Of a stretch of DNA of 64,000 nucleotides, positions 37,598 to 50,894 are shown piece after piece. Origin of the DNA: a bacterium. Lineage in GTDB: Bacteria; Zhuqueibacterota; Zhuqueibacteria; Residuimicrobiales; Krinioviventaceae. The stretch lies in assembly GCA_963693055.1 (NCBI GenBank), contig OY843751.1:5888001-5952000 (forward strand), given 5' to 3'. Below the pieces are notes generated by a model. That model was not told the DNA's origin, did not search any database, and worked only from the letters and a program-made list of their open reading frames with translations. Both the position numbers and the translations under genes were made by a program. How positions within the stretch are numbered: the first letter of the stretch is position 1; the number at the start of each line of letters is the position of its first letter.

Positions 37598-38725
37598 ATG
37601 CTGATTCAGCACCTCAACATCCACAGTTTTCGTAATTTGCACCAGGTAGATTTGAGTTTTTCAGATAACACCAATTTTATATTTGGTGACAACGCGCAAG
37701 GCAAAACCAATATAGCAGAAGCCATATATATACTTTGCCTTGCAAAAAGTTTTCGTGCACGTGAAGAGACGGAAATGGTGCCATTCGAAGAAGATCATTA
37801 CAACTTTGACGGTACCTTTACTGATGAAAACGCCATATCCAGCAAAATCCAGGTATGGTATTCTAAAGATCTGGGAAAAAAGATCAAAGTAGATGGAAAA
37901 CCGGTAACCCGGTATTCGCTACTCATCGGCAAGTTCCCTATAGTGGCGCTTACATCTGATGACCACGTGGTAACCACCGGTGCACCCGCTCAACGTAGAA
38001 AATTTTTCAACATTCTGTTGTCTCAATGCTCTCCACGCTACCTGGATGATTTAAAAAAGTACGAACGGATCGTAAAACAACGGAACCAGGTCCTTACCCT
38101 GTTTCAGACCGGTAAAAGTGTCAGCAAGTCACAGTTGGAGATCTGGAACGACCAACTGGTCCAAACAGGTTTGAAAGTAATGGAAGCGCGAAAAAAAATG
38201 ACCCGGGATATGAACTCAAACCTTTTTCAATTTTATCAGGACCTTACCCGTTCCAATCATGATCTTAAAGTTATATACCAGCCCTGTGTTCCATTAACTG
38301 AAAACAGTGACAATTCCTCTGCTTTTTACAATATGCTGTTGAAATCTTTTGATAGGGAAAGGCGCAGAGGCACTACATTGGCAGGACCACATCGTGATGA
38401 ATTTGTTATATCTGTAAATGAAAATGAACTGAGAAGATATGGCTCTCGTGGCGAACACAAAAGCGCACTGGTGAGCCTGAAAGCGGCAGAATCGGTTTTA
38501 TTAAAAGAAAAAACCGGTACGTTGCCCATTTTGTTATTAGACGATCTTTATTCTGAACTGGACATAAATCGCGGTAAAAGCGTGTTATCGTTATTTTCTG
38601 GCAAAAGCCAAACTTTTGTAACCGGTACCAGCATGGATTATGAAGCTATAAAATCCCTGGGTGCCATACAAAAAGATCAATCCGTTTTCATGGTAAGTAA
38701 CGGAAGCGTAACCCGGACACAATAA
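37598..38725 (+). CDS. recF: DNA replication/repair protein RecF
   Basis: GDNAQGKTN, GPHRDE, GSRGEHK, LLLDD..SELD. Confidence 0.96.
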   Translation: MLIQHLNIHSFRNLHQVDLSFSDNTNFIFGDNAQGKTNIAEAIYILCLAKSFRAREETEMVPFEEDHYNFDGTFTDENAISSKIQVWYSKDLGKKIKVDGKPVTRYSLLIGKFPIVALTSDDHVVTTGAPAQRRKFFNILLSQCSPRYLDDLKKYERIVKQRNQVLTLFQTGKSVSKSQLEIWNDQLVQTGLKVMEARKKMTRDMNSNLFQFYQDLTRSNHDLKVIYQPCVPLTENSDNSSAFYNMLLKSFDRERRRGTTLAGPHRDEFVISVNENELRRYGSRGEHKSALVSLKAAESVLLKEKTGTLPILLLDDLYSELDINRGKSVLSLFSGKSQTFVTGTSMDYEAIKSLGAIQKDQSVFMVSNGSVTRTQ

Positions 38726-38726
38726 T

Positions 38727-40939
<2,213 letters not shown>

Positions 40940-40965
40940 AATGATGTGAAAGGAAATATCCATCT

Positions 40966-43401
40966 ATGCCAGAAACGAATGAATCCATTCAACGGGTCTA
41001 TATAGAAGAAGAAATGCGTAGTTCCTACATCGACTATTCCATGTCGGTGATTATTTCCCGTGCGTTGCCGGATGTTCGCGACGGATTGAAACCCGTGCAT
41101 CGCAGGGTATTATATGGTATGCTTGAACTGGGGCTTAGACCCGGTTCTTCTTATAAAAAAAGCGCCAGAATTGTGGGTGAAGTTTTGGGTAAATATCACC
41201 CTCATGGTGACAGAGCAGTATATGACACCATGGCACGCATGGTACAAGATTTTTCTTTACGCTACCCCCTTGTAGATGGACAAGGTAACTTTGGATCCAT
41301 AGACGGCGATCCTCCCGCGGCCATGCGTTATACTGAAGCCAAATTAGCAAAAATTGCTGATGAAGTTTTAAGAGATATTGAAAAAGATACTGTTAACTTT
41401 ACACCCAACTTTGATGAAACCCTCAAAGAACCTTCCCTTTTACCATCTCTGTTGCCCACATTGCTGGTGAATGGAGCTGCCGGTATTGCTGTGGGAATGG
41501 CCACCAACATGGCCCCACATAACCTGTGTGAAGTCATTGATGCCATAGCCGCATTGATCTCCAGACCCACCATAAAACCCAAAAAACTCAAAGAGTATAT
41601 CAAAGGTCCGGACTTTCCCACAGGCGCCGTTATTGTAGGTGATGAAGAAATTGATTCTTATTTCAAAACCGGACGTGGAAAGCTGACAGTCCGCGCCAGA
41701 GTCCATATTGAAGATATGGGTTCTTCTCAACGCAAGCGGATTGTAGTAACCGAGATCCCTTACCAGGTAAACAAAAGCACCTTGCTTGAAAAAACCGCAA
41801 GTCTGATTAGAGAGAAAAAGATTGAAGGCATTCAGGAAATTCGTGATGAATCAGATCGCGAAGGAATGCGTATTGTTTTTGAACTTCGTAAAGAAGCAAA
41901 TCCTGACAAGATTCTAAAAGATTTATTCAAACACACACAAATGCAGACTACTTTTGGCGTCATTCAGTTAGCGTTGGTTGACGGTCAACCCAAAGTCTTG
42001 AACATGAAAGAATTGTTGCAGGAATTTATTGACTTTCGTCATGAGGTGGTTTTACGTCGTATCAAATTCGATCTCGACAAGGCAGAAAAACGCGCCCACA
42101 TTCTGGAAGGCTTGAAAATTGCACTCGACAATATTGATGAAATAATAGAACTCATCAAAAAATCCAGAAATGTTGAAACCGCTCGTAAAAACCTGATTAA
42201 ACGCTTCAAGCTTTCTGAAGTTCAGGCACAGGCCATTCTGGATATGCGTTTGCAGCGGTTAACCGGTCTTGAGCGCAAAAAGATTGAAGATGAATACCTG
42301 GCACTTATTAAACTGATTGAAAAATTAAAATCATTATTGGCCAGCAAACCTCGTAGAATGCAATTGATTAAATCAGAACTGCTTGAACTCAAAGCAACCT
42401 ATGGTGATGCCCGTCGCACCCAAATACTTGCAAAACCCACCAAAAAGAGCCTGACAGAGCTGATTAAAGAAGATGAAACCCTGGTCACTATAACCAATAC
42501 CGGCTATATAAGCAAACATTCTTTGGTTGATCCGGAAGCTGTTAAGGAACAAATCAAACCGGAAACCGCATCAGAGTTCATTGAATACAATTTTAAAACC
42601 ACAAACAGCCACAGTCTGCTCATGTTTACCAATACCGGTAAAGTTTTTGGTGTTAGAAGCAGCTTTATACCGCTAAATAACGGATCTGATAACAAAACCA
42701 TGTTAAAGAATCTGTTACGTTTAGGCAAAAACGAACAGGTACTCAATGTTTTTGAGGTCAGCAAATTTGAAGAAGACGACGCAAGATTCATCTATTTGGT
42801 AACCAAAGATGGACTTGTTAAAAAATCATCTCTAGCTACTTTTTCAAAGCTCAAAGAAGGCGCTAACAATGCCTTGTCACTAAAAGAGAAAGATGAACTT
42901 GTTTCTGTTATTATGGCGCCCAAAGATGCAGAAATTCTCATTGCATCGTCACTGGGACAAGCAATACGCTTTTCAGGTAAAGACCTGCGAGATGATATGG
43001 GAATTACTGCCGGTGGTGTAAGGGGAATAACATTAGATGAAAACGATGTTGTTATAGACATGATAACCGTTTCAGATCCAAAAGGATATTTGTTATCTAT
43101 AACAAACCTGGGCCTCGGCAAGAAAAGCGCATTACGCGAATACAGTACCATAGGACGAGGGGGCAAGGGTATTAAAAACTTTATTCTCAGTGATAAAACC
43201 GGCACTGTTGTTAGCATTGCTCAAGTAACAGACAAGCAAACAGCAATCATGATGACCAAAAAAGGTAAAATTAAACGTCAGAAAATCAAATTGATTAAGC
43301 CTATGGGTCGCGCCACCAAGGGCATTCCCATAGCAAACCTTGCACAAAAAGATGAAATTCAAAGAGTAGTAATTATTTCTCCTAACAAAAAGGTGATCTA
43401 A
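40966..43401 (+). CDS. gyrA: Type IIA topoisomerase A subunit (GyrA-like, canonical GyrA-box not seen)
   Basis: [29 protein letters not shown] and a beta-pinwheel C-terminal domain. Confidence 0.88.
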   Translation: MPETNESIQRVYIEEEMRSSYIDYSMSVIISRALPDVRDGLKPVHRRVLYGMLELGLRPGSSYKKSARIVGEVLGKYHPHGDRAVYDTMARMVQDFSLRYPLVDGQGNFGSIDGDPPAAMRYTEAKLAKIADEVLRDIEKDTVNFTPNFDETLKEPSLLPSLLPTLLVNGAAGIAVGMATNMAPHNLCEVIDAIAALISRPTIKPKKLKEYIKGPDFPTGAVIVGDEEIDSYFKTGRGKLTVRARVHIEDMGSSQRKRIVVTEIPYQVNKSTLLEKTASLIREKKIEGIQEIRDESDREGMRIVFELRKEANPDKILKDLFKHTQMQTTFGVIQLALVDGQPKVLNMKELLQEFIDFRHEVVLRRIKFDLDKAEKRAHILEGLKIALDNIDEIIELIKKSRNVETARKNLIKRFKLSEVQAQAILDMRLQRLTGLERKKIEDEYLALIKLIEKLKSLLASKPRRMQLIKSELLELKATYGDARRTQILAKPTKKSLTELIKEDETLVTITNTGYISKHSLVDPEAVKEQIKPETASEFIEYNFKTTNSHSLLMFTNTGKVFGVRSSFIPLNNGSDNKTMLKNLLRLGKNEQVLNVFEVSKFEEDDARFIYLVTKDGLVKKSSLATFSKLKEGANNALSLKEKDELVSVIMAPKDAEILIASSLGQAIRFSGKDLRDDMGITAGGVRGITLDENDVVIDMITVSDPKGYLLSITNLGLGKKSALREYSTIGRGGKGIKNFILSDKTGTVVSIAQVTDKQTAIMMTKKGKIKRQKIKLIKPMGRATKGIPIANLAQKDEIQRVVIISPNKKVI

Positions 43402-43422
43402 GTCATTGTAAGGAGTCTTGGT

Positions 43423-44196
43423 ATGAAAAAAGTAAAAACCGAACCCAAACATTTCATTACAGTCGCTCTTGTTTTAGCACTGGTACTCTGCGGTATAGGT
43501 ATTGGTCTTTCTGTAACAACAGAACAGCAAAGAGGCCTTGTTACCCATGTTGAGGGTTCAGCAAAAAAACAAAGACTTTCAGAAGTACAATGGACAAATG
43601 TACAGCAAAACACTGAAGTTAATGGCGGTGAACGAGTACGTACTTTTTCTCAATCTCGAGCAGAGCTTGATCTTGCCAGTCTAGACAAAATCCGTATGGC
43701 ACCCAAAACCACTATTGACATTCTTAAACTGTATGAAGAGACCAAAGAACAGATAAGAGAAACCAAAATCACGCTACAGGAAGGGGATCTTTGGGCAAAC
43801 GTCAAGAAAAAACCCAAAAACATGTCCTTTTCAATTGGCACTCCTATCACGGCTGCTGCCATTACAGGCACAACCTTGCGAATGAACGTTAATCAGGATT
43901 CTTCATCAGAACTCAAAGTTTATCATGGCGAGGTAATCATTACCAACGCACCCGATTCAAAAACCGTGCAGCCCAAAGCAATAGAACCCTATGAGGTTGA
44001 AGGCCCGCACGAAATTCCAGGTCCACATGAAGTAAGTATGGAAGAATGGGCAATTATCGTCAGAAATATGCAAAAGGTACAGATCGACAAAAACGGTCAA
44101 GTTACGTATTCAGGTGATTTTTCGGCATCAGATCCGGATGAAAACAGCGATTGGGTACAGTGGAACCTGCAACGGGACAGGTCGGCTAACAGATAG
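43423..44196 (+). CDS. FecR-domain membrane-anchored/exported protein
   Basis: N-terminal TM; GERVRT..QSRAEL, LQEGDLW, TPITAAAITGT, LKVYHGEV. Confidence 0.75.
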   Translation: MKKVKTEPKHFITVALVLALVLCGIGIGLSVTTEQQRGLVTHVEGSAKKQRLSEVQWTNVQQNTEVNGGERVRTFSQSRAELDLASLDKIRMAPKTTIDILKLYEETKEQIRETKITLQEGDLWANVKKKPKNMSFSIGTPITAAAITGTTLRMNVNQDSSSELKVYHGEVIITNAPDSKTVQPKAIEPYEVEGPHEIPGPHEVSMEEWAIIVRNMQKVQIDKNGQVTYSGDFSASDPDENSDWVQWNLQRDRSANR

Positions 44197-44197
44197 C

Positions 44198-46882
44198 CTA
44201 AAATTCATATCCCGCTGAAATGTACACTCTTTCGTCACGGGTGTTTGCCTGACCATATGCAATGGACAAGGGGCCAATAGGTGTTTGAAATGATAATGCC
44301 AGGCCCCTGCCATTGACAAAATCTGAACCGTTAATAATCAAGTCCTTTTCCCAAACAGCCCCAAAATCAAACCGCAACGTTAAAAACGTATCAAACATCC
44401 AATAGGTATTTATAAACAGCCGGTATTCCATACTGGTTAATATAACATGCCGCCCATGCATTGAATTTTCACGTAATCCATAAAAAGATCCAAATCCACC
44501 CAACTGGAACTGTTCAGAATATGGTGTAGAAACATCAGAGGTTCCCCAAAACAACAAGGGTGAAAATGTATGCCTATCAGCCAAAGTAAAATAATTTGAC
44601 AACCGGTTATACACTTTGTAATACGAAATATCAGAGCCTAAAAAATCACCTGTAGATACTTCATATTGAAATTCATGAAATTTCCCCGAACGGGGAAAAG
44701 GAATCCGGTCTCGTGTATCAATAATGGAATTGATACCGATAGTGTTTATAGTCAGAGCACCTGTGTCTATAGTATAATCACTACCGGAAACCGCGTCAAT
44801 ATCTATTTCTTCAACGCGAAAAAATCCGGAAAGGGTACCAAATCGTTCTATATGCTGACCTACATTAATATTTGCACCTGTGGAATGCCGCCAGTACTCA
44901 CTAATACTTTCACTTTTATCATAAGTAAAAAACTTTTGATTGGTATTATACAAATTGAACCTGGCAGTAAAATAGGTATTAAAAATACGATCTATGCGGT
45001 ACTCGGCTGCAAACTTTTTATCCCGTTCACCATATTGCATATGCAAAGTCAAATCATTACCAACACCCAACATGTTTTCTTCAGCAAATTCTAAAAACGA
45101 ACGTCCCCATCGCTCATCGTCATAACGGAATCCATATCGAATTACATTGGTTGCTTTTTCCTGTAAACGAATATTTAAATGATACCCTGATGTTCCGGGC
45201 GCAATTTTCAGAGAAACCGAATTAAACAAACCGGTCCCATATATGTTCTCAATGCCGGCTTTGGCAAGATTATTTTGAAAGACATCCTGCGGATGCAATG
45301 TAAATTCGTTATACAGTAAAAAATCTCTTACATGTTCGTTGCCCTCAAAATTTAAAGAACTGATTTTGCCCTCTGATATTGTTATAATTGCATGACCCGA
45401 TTCTTTTGAAAAGGAAATATTGGAAATTTCTGCAAGTGAATAATCTTTTTCCCGATACATTTCAATAATTTGTTCAAGCGCACGGGTACATTCAAAATGA
45501 TTCATGGGTTTGAAAAGCAACGGACTAAAAATTGATTGCAGTTCTGAACCATGAAAAATGGTTTGCCCCAGCAGAGAAACTCGCTCAAGAACAGGGAATG
45601 GTTCAAATGTATAAACCAGTATGGTTTTATCATCCTGTTTTTTTATTTCCGCATAAACATCTCTGAATGATCCACTATTATGGGCATTTTCCAACACATC
45701 AATTATCTCCTGTTCGGAAACATGTCGGTTTGCCAATGTATTCAGATTAAATGGTAGTAAAGAATCATCGTTTGCTTTGATTTCATGCACATATATCAAA
45801 CGTTCTCTGTTTTTCTGATTATCCAGTTCGTTATATTTTGCCCTTATATCTGCAAGTAATGCTGTACCCCTGCGAATTCCTTCCTGATACAACGAGTCTA
45901 CATTGTTTTGGTTAGCAGATGTACTATATATATCCGCAAGAGAGACTACAAAATCCGCATGATTTAATTGCTGTTCGTTATGAGGAATTTGCATAATGGT
46001 TGTAACCTGGTCAGCCATTTCCCAGGGAACCAGCAAATCACTTTGTTTTCTCAAAGGAGATGTGGTATTTACAGCAAGAACAATATCGGCACCGGTATTG
46101 CGCGTTACATCTACAGGTATATTATCCAACACACCGCCATCGACAAGCAGCAAACTGTCACTTTTTACAGGATTAAACAACAGCGGAATAGATATGGATG
46201 CGCGAATCATTGCCGCAAGATCTCCCCGATCAACAACGACCTTGGTTCCTGTAAGGATATCTGTAGTTATGATTCGCAATGGAATTTTTAAATGATCAAA
46301 CTGATAACTATGATAAGGAGCATTAAGAATCAAATTGGTTATAAAATCGCCTAAATTCTGTCCCGGAGATAACGCCTCGGGCAATACCAGCTTCATATTT
46401 TCCAGTCGAAATTGGATGATGGCCCGGCTGCGTTTTTGTTTTTCTCCCAACAACTGGCTAGAGCGTTCAGGATTATCGTTAAGCGCCTGACCCCAATCAA
46501 AAGAACGGGTAATCTCCCAAATTTCATCAGGAGTATAACCGGAAGCATATAATCCGCCAATCACTGCGCCAATGCTGGTACCTACAATATAATCTATGGG
46601 GATGTCATTTTCTTCAAGGACTTTTAATACACCAATTTGAGCTACCCCCCGCATTCCCCCTCCACTCAATGCAAGGCCAATCCTTGGTCTTTTAACTTCT
46701 CTATAAGGCATCATTGCTCTGGGTGGAGCAATCACTTTACCATTATAATCCAGCCGGATTGTTTCAACAACTTTTTCTTGTGGGTACACATTGAATGCGG
46801 AAATCAATACAAACAACAAAATTACAGAAAAATTATTATAGTAATTAATAAAGAATGTTCTATATTTCATAAATAAATTCAT
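44198..46882 (-). CDS. Patatin-like phospholipase-POTRA-Omp85 barrel protein (PlpD/type Vd-like)
   Basis: ALSGGGMRG, GTSIG, VDGG; POTRA-like segments; DTRDRIPFP, LGGFGSFYG, C-terminal SAGYEF. Confidence 0.88.
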   Translation of the reverse strand: MNLFMKYRTFFINYYNNFSVILLFVLISAFNVYPQEKVVETIRLDYNGKVIAPPRAMMPYREVKRPRIGLALSGGGMRGVAQIGVLKVLEENDIPIDYIVGTSIGAVIGGLYASGYTPDEIWEITRSFDWGQALNDNPERSSQLLGEKQKRSRAIIQFRLENMKLVLPEALSPGQNLGDFITNLILNAPYHSYQFDHLKIPLRIITTDILTGTKVVVDRGDLAAMIRASISIPLLFNPVKSDSLLLVDGGVLDNIPVDVTRNTGADIVLAVNTTSPLRKQSDLLVPWEMADQVTTIMQIPHNEQQLNHADFVVSLADIYSTSANQNNVDSLYQEGIRRGTALLADIRAKYNELDNQKNRERLIYVHEIKANDDSLLPFNLNTLANRHVSEQEIIDVLENAHNSGSFRDVYAEIKKQDDKTILVYTFEPFPVLERVSLLGQTIFHGSELQSIFSPLLFKPMNHFECTRALEQIIEMYREKDYSLAEISNISFSKESGHAIITISEGKISSLNFEGNEHVRDFLLYNEFTLHPQDVFQNNLAKAGIENIYGTGLFNSVSLKIAPGTSGYHLNIRLQEKATNVIRYGFRYDDERWGRSFLEFAEENMLGVGNDLTLHMQYGERDKKFAAEYRIDRIFNTYFTARFNLYNTNQKFFTYDKSESISEYWRHSTGANINVGQHIERFGTLSGFFRVEEIDIDAVSGSDYTIDTGALTINTIGINSIIDTRDRIPFPRSGKFHEFQYEVSTGDFLGSDISYYKVYNRLSNYFTLADRHTFSPLLFWGTSDVSTPYSEQFQLGGFGSFYGLRENSMHGRHVILTSMEYRLFINTYWMFDTFLTLRFDFGAVWEKDLIINGSDFVNGRGLALSFQTPIGPLSIAYGQANTRDERVYISAGYEF

Positions 46883-46970
46883 TTTCTTCCAGATTTTGCG
46901 TATACGCTAACGTGCGAATTTATACAGGTCTTGTTGAAAAAGCAAGTAGAAAATAAAAACAGGTTTTTTC

Positions 46971-47525
46971 TTGATTATCTCCAATATATCCCGTCAGTTA
47001 TTATTTGCTTCACTGTTAACCGCACTTACGGCTGCCGGCTCGTTTATTCGGATACCGTTCCCGCTGACACCTGTCACACTGCAAACCCTGTTCACGCTTT
47101 TAGCCGGGTGCATGCTGTTACCCAGATACGCTTTTCTCAGTCAGATGGTTTACCTGATACTGGGACTGGCCGGATTGCCGGTTTTTGCCAATGGGGGTGG
47201 ATTGGGATATATTCTGCAACCCACTTTTGGATATTTATTGAGCCTGCCCATTGCCGCGTGGTTGATCTCTTTTTTGAACACACGTACGGGTAAACAGAAT
47301 TCCCTGTCTTTTATGATAATGATTAATAGTGTTGCCGGTATATTAATTTTAGCTCTAGGGTCCGGCTGGCTCTATTTAGCGGTGAATGTCTGGCTGATGA
47401 AAGCCATCTCTTTTCGTACAGTATGGATCAGTGGATTCCTTATCTTTATTCCGGGTGAAATTTTAAAAGCCGGCATTGCGGCATTCCTTGCCAGACAGAT
47501 AAAAACTCGCCTCAATTTTAAATAA
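46971..47525 (+). CDS. bioY: Biotin ECF transporter S component BioY
   Basis: PVTLQT, YLILGLAGLPVFA, PTFGYL, FIPGEILK. Confidence 0.9.
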   Translation: MIISNISRQLLFASLLTALTAAGSFIRIPFPLTPVTLQTLFTLLAGCMLLPRYAFLSQMVYLILGLAGLPVFANGGGLGYILQPTFGYLLSLPIAAWLISFLNTRTGKQNSLSFMIMINSVAGILILALGSGWLYLAVNVWLMKAISFRTVWISGFLIFIPGEILKAGIAAFLARQIKTRLNFK

Positions 47526-47528
47526 ACA

Positions 47529-47552
47529 CAGACCGGCAAAAAAACCGGTCTG
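47529..47552. terminator. Hairpin between convergent genes
   Basis: CAGACCGG-caaaaaaa-CCGGTCTG. Confidence 0.6.
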
Positions 47553-47562
47553 CTTAATAAGC

Positions 47563-48846
47563 TTAATATTTAATCCATTTCATCAATTCAGGTAGTGTTG
47601 GGCGTTTTCCATACATTAAAATACCTACCCGAAAAATCTTGCCAGAAATTAAAAGCAAACCGGCAATAGTAGCCAGGCTTATTACAACATTCAACATAAC
47701 TTCAAATATCGGCGCCGCATTCAAAGTAATTCGCAGAAACATTAACAGCGGGGAGAATAATGGAATGTGTGATAGAATGATTGCCAGGGTGCTATCCGGA
47801 CTTTTAATAATGGTAAACATGGCCATAAAGGCTACAATAATAAGCATCATAATGGGCCATTGCAGGTTTTGTGCTTCACTCTCTGTATTGACCATACTTC
47901 CCAGGGCAGCAAAAAGAGTGGCATATAAAAAATAGCCCAGCATAAAATAAAGTACAAACGCAATATAAACCGGCCAGGGTAATGCGGGAATGGCAATAGA
48001 AGAAACACCGGGATTAAAAATCTGCACCATCATTAATCCATAGGTAGAAATCAATCCAAATGAAACCGACCAGATTAGGAACTGGGTTAATCCTCCGGCA
48101 CCCAAACCAACAACCTTACCCGTTAACAACTGCCAGGGCTTGACAGAGGAAATAACCACTTCCATTACTCTTGAATTCTTGTCTTCAATAATACCCCGCA
48201 TGATATACTGTCCATACATTAATAATGCAATGTACAAGATAAAGACCATCACATAACTGACCATAAACGTATCAAATCCGCTCGACTCTTCCGAACCGGT
48301 TTTATCAACCTTGAAGGTTTGAGCATTTACCCGATGTGTCAATGTCTCAACCAGATCCGGATCCAGGCCGCTTTGATTCAACCTCAAATCAGAAATGACA
48401 GACGAAAGAGAACGCTCAACCCGTGATATAAAATCAAAATTGGTAATATTTTTTGAGTAGAATTCTACACTGTTTGATGTAAAAACAGAATCCGGTATTA
48501 CGATGTATACATCCAGATCACCAGATAAAATCTTTTTATCCAGTTCCGTTTTTTGGGCTGACAATTGATCTACCGGAACATTCAGTTTTTTCAAAGCATA
48601 CATGGATTGATTGTCTTGAATCATTTTGGTTTCCATTAACGCCGGTGCAAACACCTCGTAAACAGAATCCGTATAATCGATTATTGATATTTCTACCTGT
48701 TTTTCAACTTCCATTTTGGAAAAAAACATGGGCATAAATACCAGCAAAACCAACAATACCGGCATTAAAAACGTACCAATTAAAAAGCCTTTGGTTTTAA
48801 CATTTTGCAGATATTCTCGTTTGATTAACGCAAAGGTTTTCATCAT
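47563..48846 (-). CDS. ABC-2 type permease (NatB/YhaP-like)
   Basis: REYLQNVKTKGF, IIEDKNSRVMEV, LLTGKV, FRVGILMYGK. Confidence 0.9.
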   Translation of the reverse strand: MMKTFALIKREYLQNVKTKGFLIGTFLMPVLLVLLVFMPMFFSKMEVEKQVEISIIDYTDSVYEVFAPALMETKMIQDNQSMYALKKLNVPVDQLSAQKTELDKKILSGDLDVYIVIPDSVFTSNSVEFYSKNITNFDFISRVERSLSSVISDLRLNQSGLDPDLVETLTHRVNAQTFKVDKTGSEESSGFDTFMVSYVMVFILYIALLMYGQYIMRGIIEDKNSRVMEVVISSVKPWQLLTGKVVGLGAGGLTQFLIWSVSFGLISTYGLMMVQIFNPGVSSIAIPALPWPVYIAFVLYFMLGYFLYATLFAALGSMVNTESEAQNLQWPIMMLIIVAFMAMFTIIKSPDSTLAIILSHIPLFSPLLMFLRITLNAAPIFEVMLNVVISLATIAGLLLISGKIFRVGILMYGKRPTLPELMKWIKY

Positions 48847-49748
48847 GATGCCACCTCCCCTTTGACCGTCTTTATAAATATTTCATTCAGCGAGGGTTCT
48901 GCAATCTTGAATTCTGAAACCGTTACCTGTTCCGCTGCAATTTTGAGAATTTCTTGGCTGTTTTTTCCATTGGCCGGAGTCAATTCAACATATTGACCAT
49001 AGTTGTCGTATTTTTCTACAATCGAGGTATCCTTTAAAAAGGCGGCCTCTCCATCAAAACTGAGGCGGATGCGGTTTTGCCCGAATTTTTGTTTAACCTG
49101 TAAAAGATTACCATACAACACATTTTGTCCCTTGTTGATCATGCAAATAGATTCACACAATTTCTCAACCTGTTCCATCAGATGTGTTGAAAAAATTATC
49201 GTCGTTCCCTGTTGCTTTAATTCCAACATTACATCTTTTAATAAACCGGTATTTACAGGATCCAAGCCGGTAAAAGGCTCGTCCAGAATAATGAGTTTAG
49301 GTTGATGAATGATTGTACATATAAACTGTAACTTTTGCTGCATACCGCGCGAGAGGTCTACTACTTTTTTATCCTGCCATTCTTCAAGTTCCAGTTTTTC
49401 AAGCCACATCCTTGCAAGATTGCTGGATTTTGAAGGCGGTATGCCTTTAATCTCGGCAAAAAACAAAATGGTATCAAACACTTTCATCTTTTTGTACAAT
49501 CCCCGCTCTTCGGGAAGATAGCCAATACTGTCACGGACTTTAAAGTTGTTTGATTTGCCAAAAACGGTTATATCTCCCTTGTCCGGACGAATGATATCCA
49601 TAATCATACGGATAGTTGTGGTTTTCCCCGCACCATTGGGACCAAGTAAACCAAAGACCTGACCCTCCTGAACTGAAAACGACAGGTCTTTAACCGCCCG
49701 TACATTTTCGAACGATTTTTCAACATGTTGAACATCTAGTACCGACAT
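48843..49748 (-). CDS. ABC transporter ATP-binding protein (NatA/YhaQ-like)
   Basis: GPNGAGKTT, GYLPEERGLY, LSRGMQQK, LDEPF, EPSLNEIF. Confidence 0.93.
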   Translation of the reverse strand: MSVLDVQHVEKSFENVRAVKDLSFSVQEGQVFGLLGPNGAGKTTTIRMIMDIIRPDKGDITVFGKSNNFKVRDSIGYLPEERGLYKKMKVFDTILFFAEIKGIPPSKSSNLARMWLEKLELEEWQDKKVVDLSRGMQQKLQFICTIIHQPKLIILDEPFTGLDPVNTGLLKDVMLELKQQGTTIIFSTHLMEQVEKLCESICMINKGQNVLYGNLLQVKQKFGQNRIRLSFDGEAAFLKDTSIVEKYDNYGQYVELTPANGKNSQEILKIAAEQVTVSEFKIAEPSLNEIFIKTVKGEVAS

Positions 49749-49812
49749 GCTAGCTCTCCTGATTTAACATAATAATATCCAGAGTACACTTTAAACCTCA
49801 ACATATTCAGCA

Positions 49813-50778
49813 TTAGCGACAATAAATTTCATCTTCAATTTCTGTTACGCGCTTGCCTGCAAAACCATCTACAATTACAGGATCATCATTCTGAATAGCT
49901 TTAACAAATGCATCGATATGGGGTTGGTGCACGTTGGTGTGCGGAGGATGATTTTCCGCCCGAACACCTTTTTCCGTTTTAACTGTTAGATCACCATTGT
50001 TTAATACTGATACGTAAATTGTGCCTTTTGTTCCAAAAATTTTAAACGTATCTTGAGGTTCTATAGCCGCATGGCAAACGGTCAACACCCCAACAATACC
50101 AGACTCAAACTCGAATTGTACAACGCCGGTATCTTCTACATCCCGATCCAGAATAACATTATTTGCAAAACCTGTTGCTTTTTTAATTTCTCCAAACACG
50201 TTTAACAACAATTCAATACGATGAGATCCTACATCCATAATTGGGCCGCCACCCGCCATATCTTTTTGCGTTAACCAGTATCTAGCTTCTCCCGGTTGGC
50301 GATCAAACACTTCAAACACATTTATCTGAGATACTACAGGATCACCTATTTCTCCGCTGTTAACAATTTCTTTTATACGATCAACAACCGGATAAAAATG
50401 CCGGTAATAGGCAACACCCAACTTTACTCCGTTAGCCTCACATGCGTCAATCATGGCCTTGCATTCCGCAGTATTCATAGCCATGGGCTTTTCACAGAGC
50501 ACATGCTTGCCGGCATTCGCAGCAGCAATTGTCTGTTCTGCATGTAAATATACGGGTGTTGCAATATATATAGCCTCAATTTCATCATCTTTTAACAACG
50601 CTTGCCAGTCTTTATACCACTTTGGGGCACCAAATTCTTTGGCAAAGGCTTCTGCCAGATCATAATTCTGACGGTTTACAGCAACCAAATCACAATTTTC
50701 AAGGTCTCGCAAAGCCGGCGCTATTCTTTTTTTTGATATATCACCACAACCAATCAAGCCCCATCTTGTAATGCTCAT
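49813..50778 (-). CDS. Gfo/Idh/MocA family oxidoreductase
   Basis: WGLIGCG, GKHVLCEKP, GGGPIMDVGSH. Confidence 0.92.
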   Translation of the reverse strand: MSITRWGLIGCGDISKKRIAPALRDLENCDLVAVNRQNYDLAEAFAKEFGAPKWYKDWQALLKDDEIEAIYIATPVYLHAEQTIAAANAGKHVLCEKPMAMNTAECKAMIDACEANGVKLGVAYYRHFYPVVDRIKEIVNSGEIGDPVVSQINVFEVFDRQPGEARYWLTQKDMAGGGPIMDVGSHRIELLLNVFGEIKKATGFANNVILDRDVEDTGVVQFEFESGIVGVLTVCHAAIEPQDTFKIFGTKGTIYVSVLNNGDLTVKTEKGVRAENHPPHTNVHQPHIDAFVKAIQNDDPVIVDGFAGKRVTEIEDEIYCR

Positions 50779-50894
50779 AATAATTTTCCTTTGCTGTTAA
50801 CATGTAAAAATGTCTGGTTTATAAGTAAATGACTTGCTCATTGCTTAAATTTTTGTTATTTTTAAGAATATATGAATCAGAAAAAGCAGGTATC

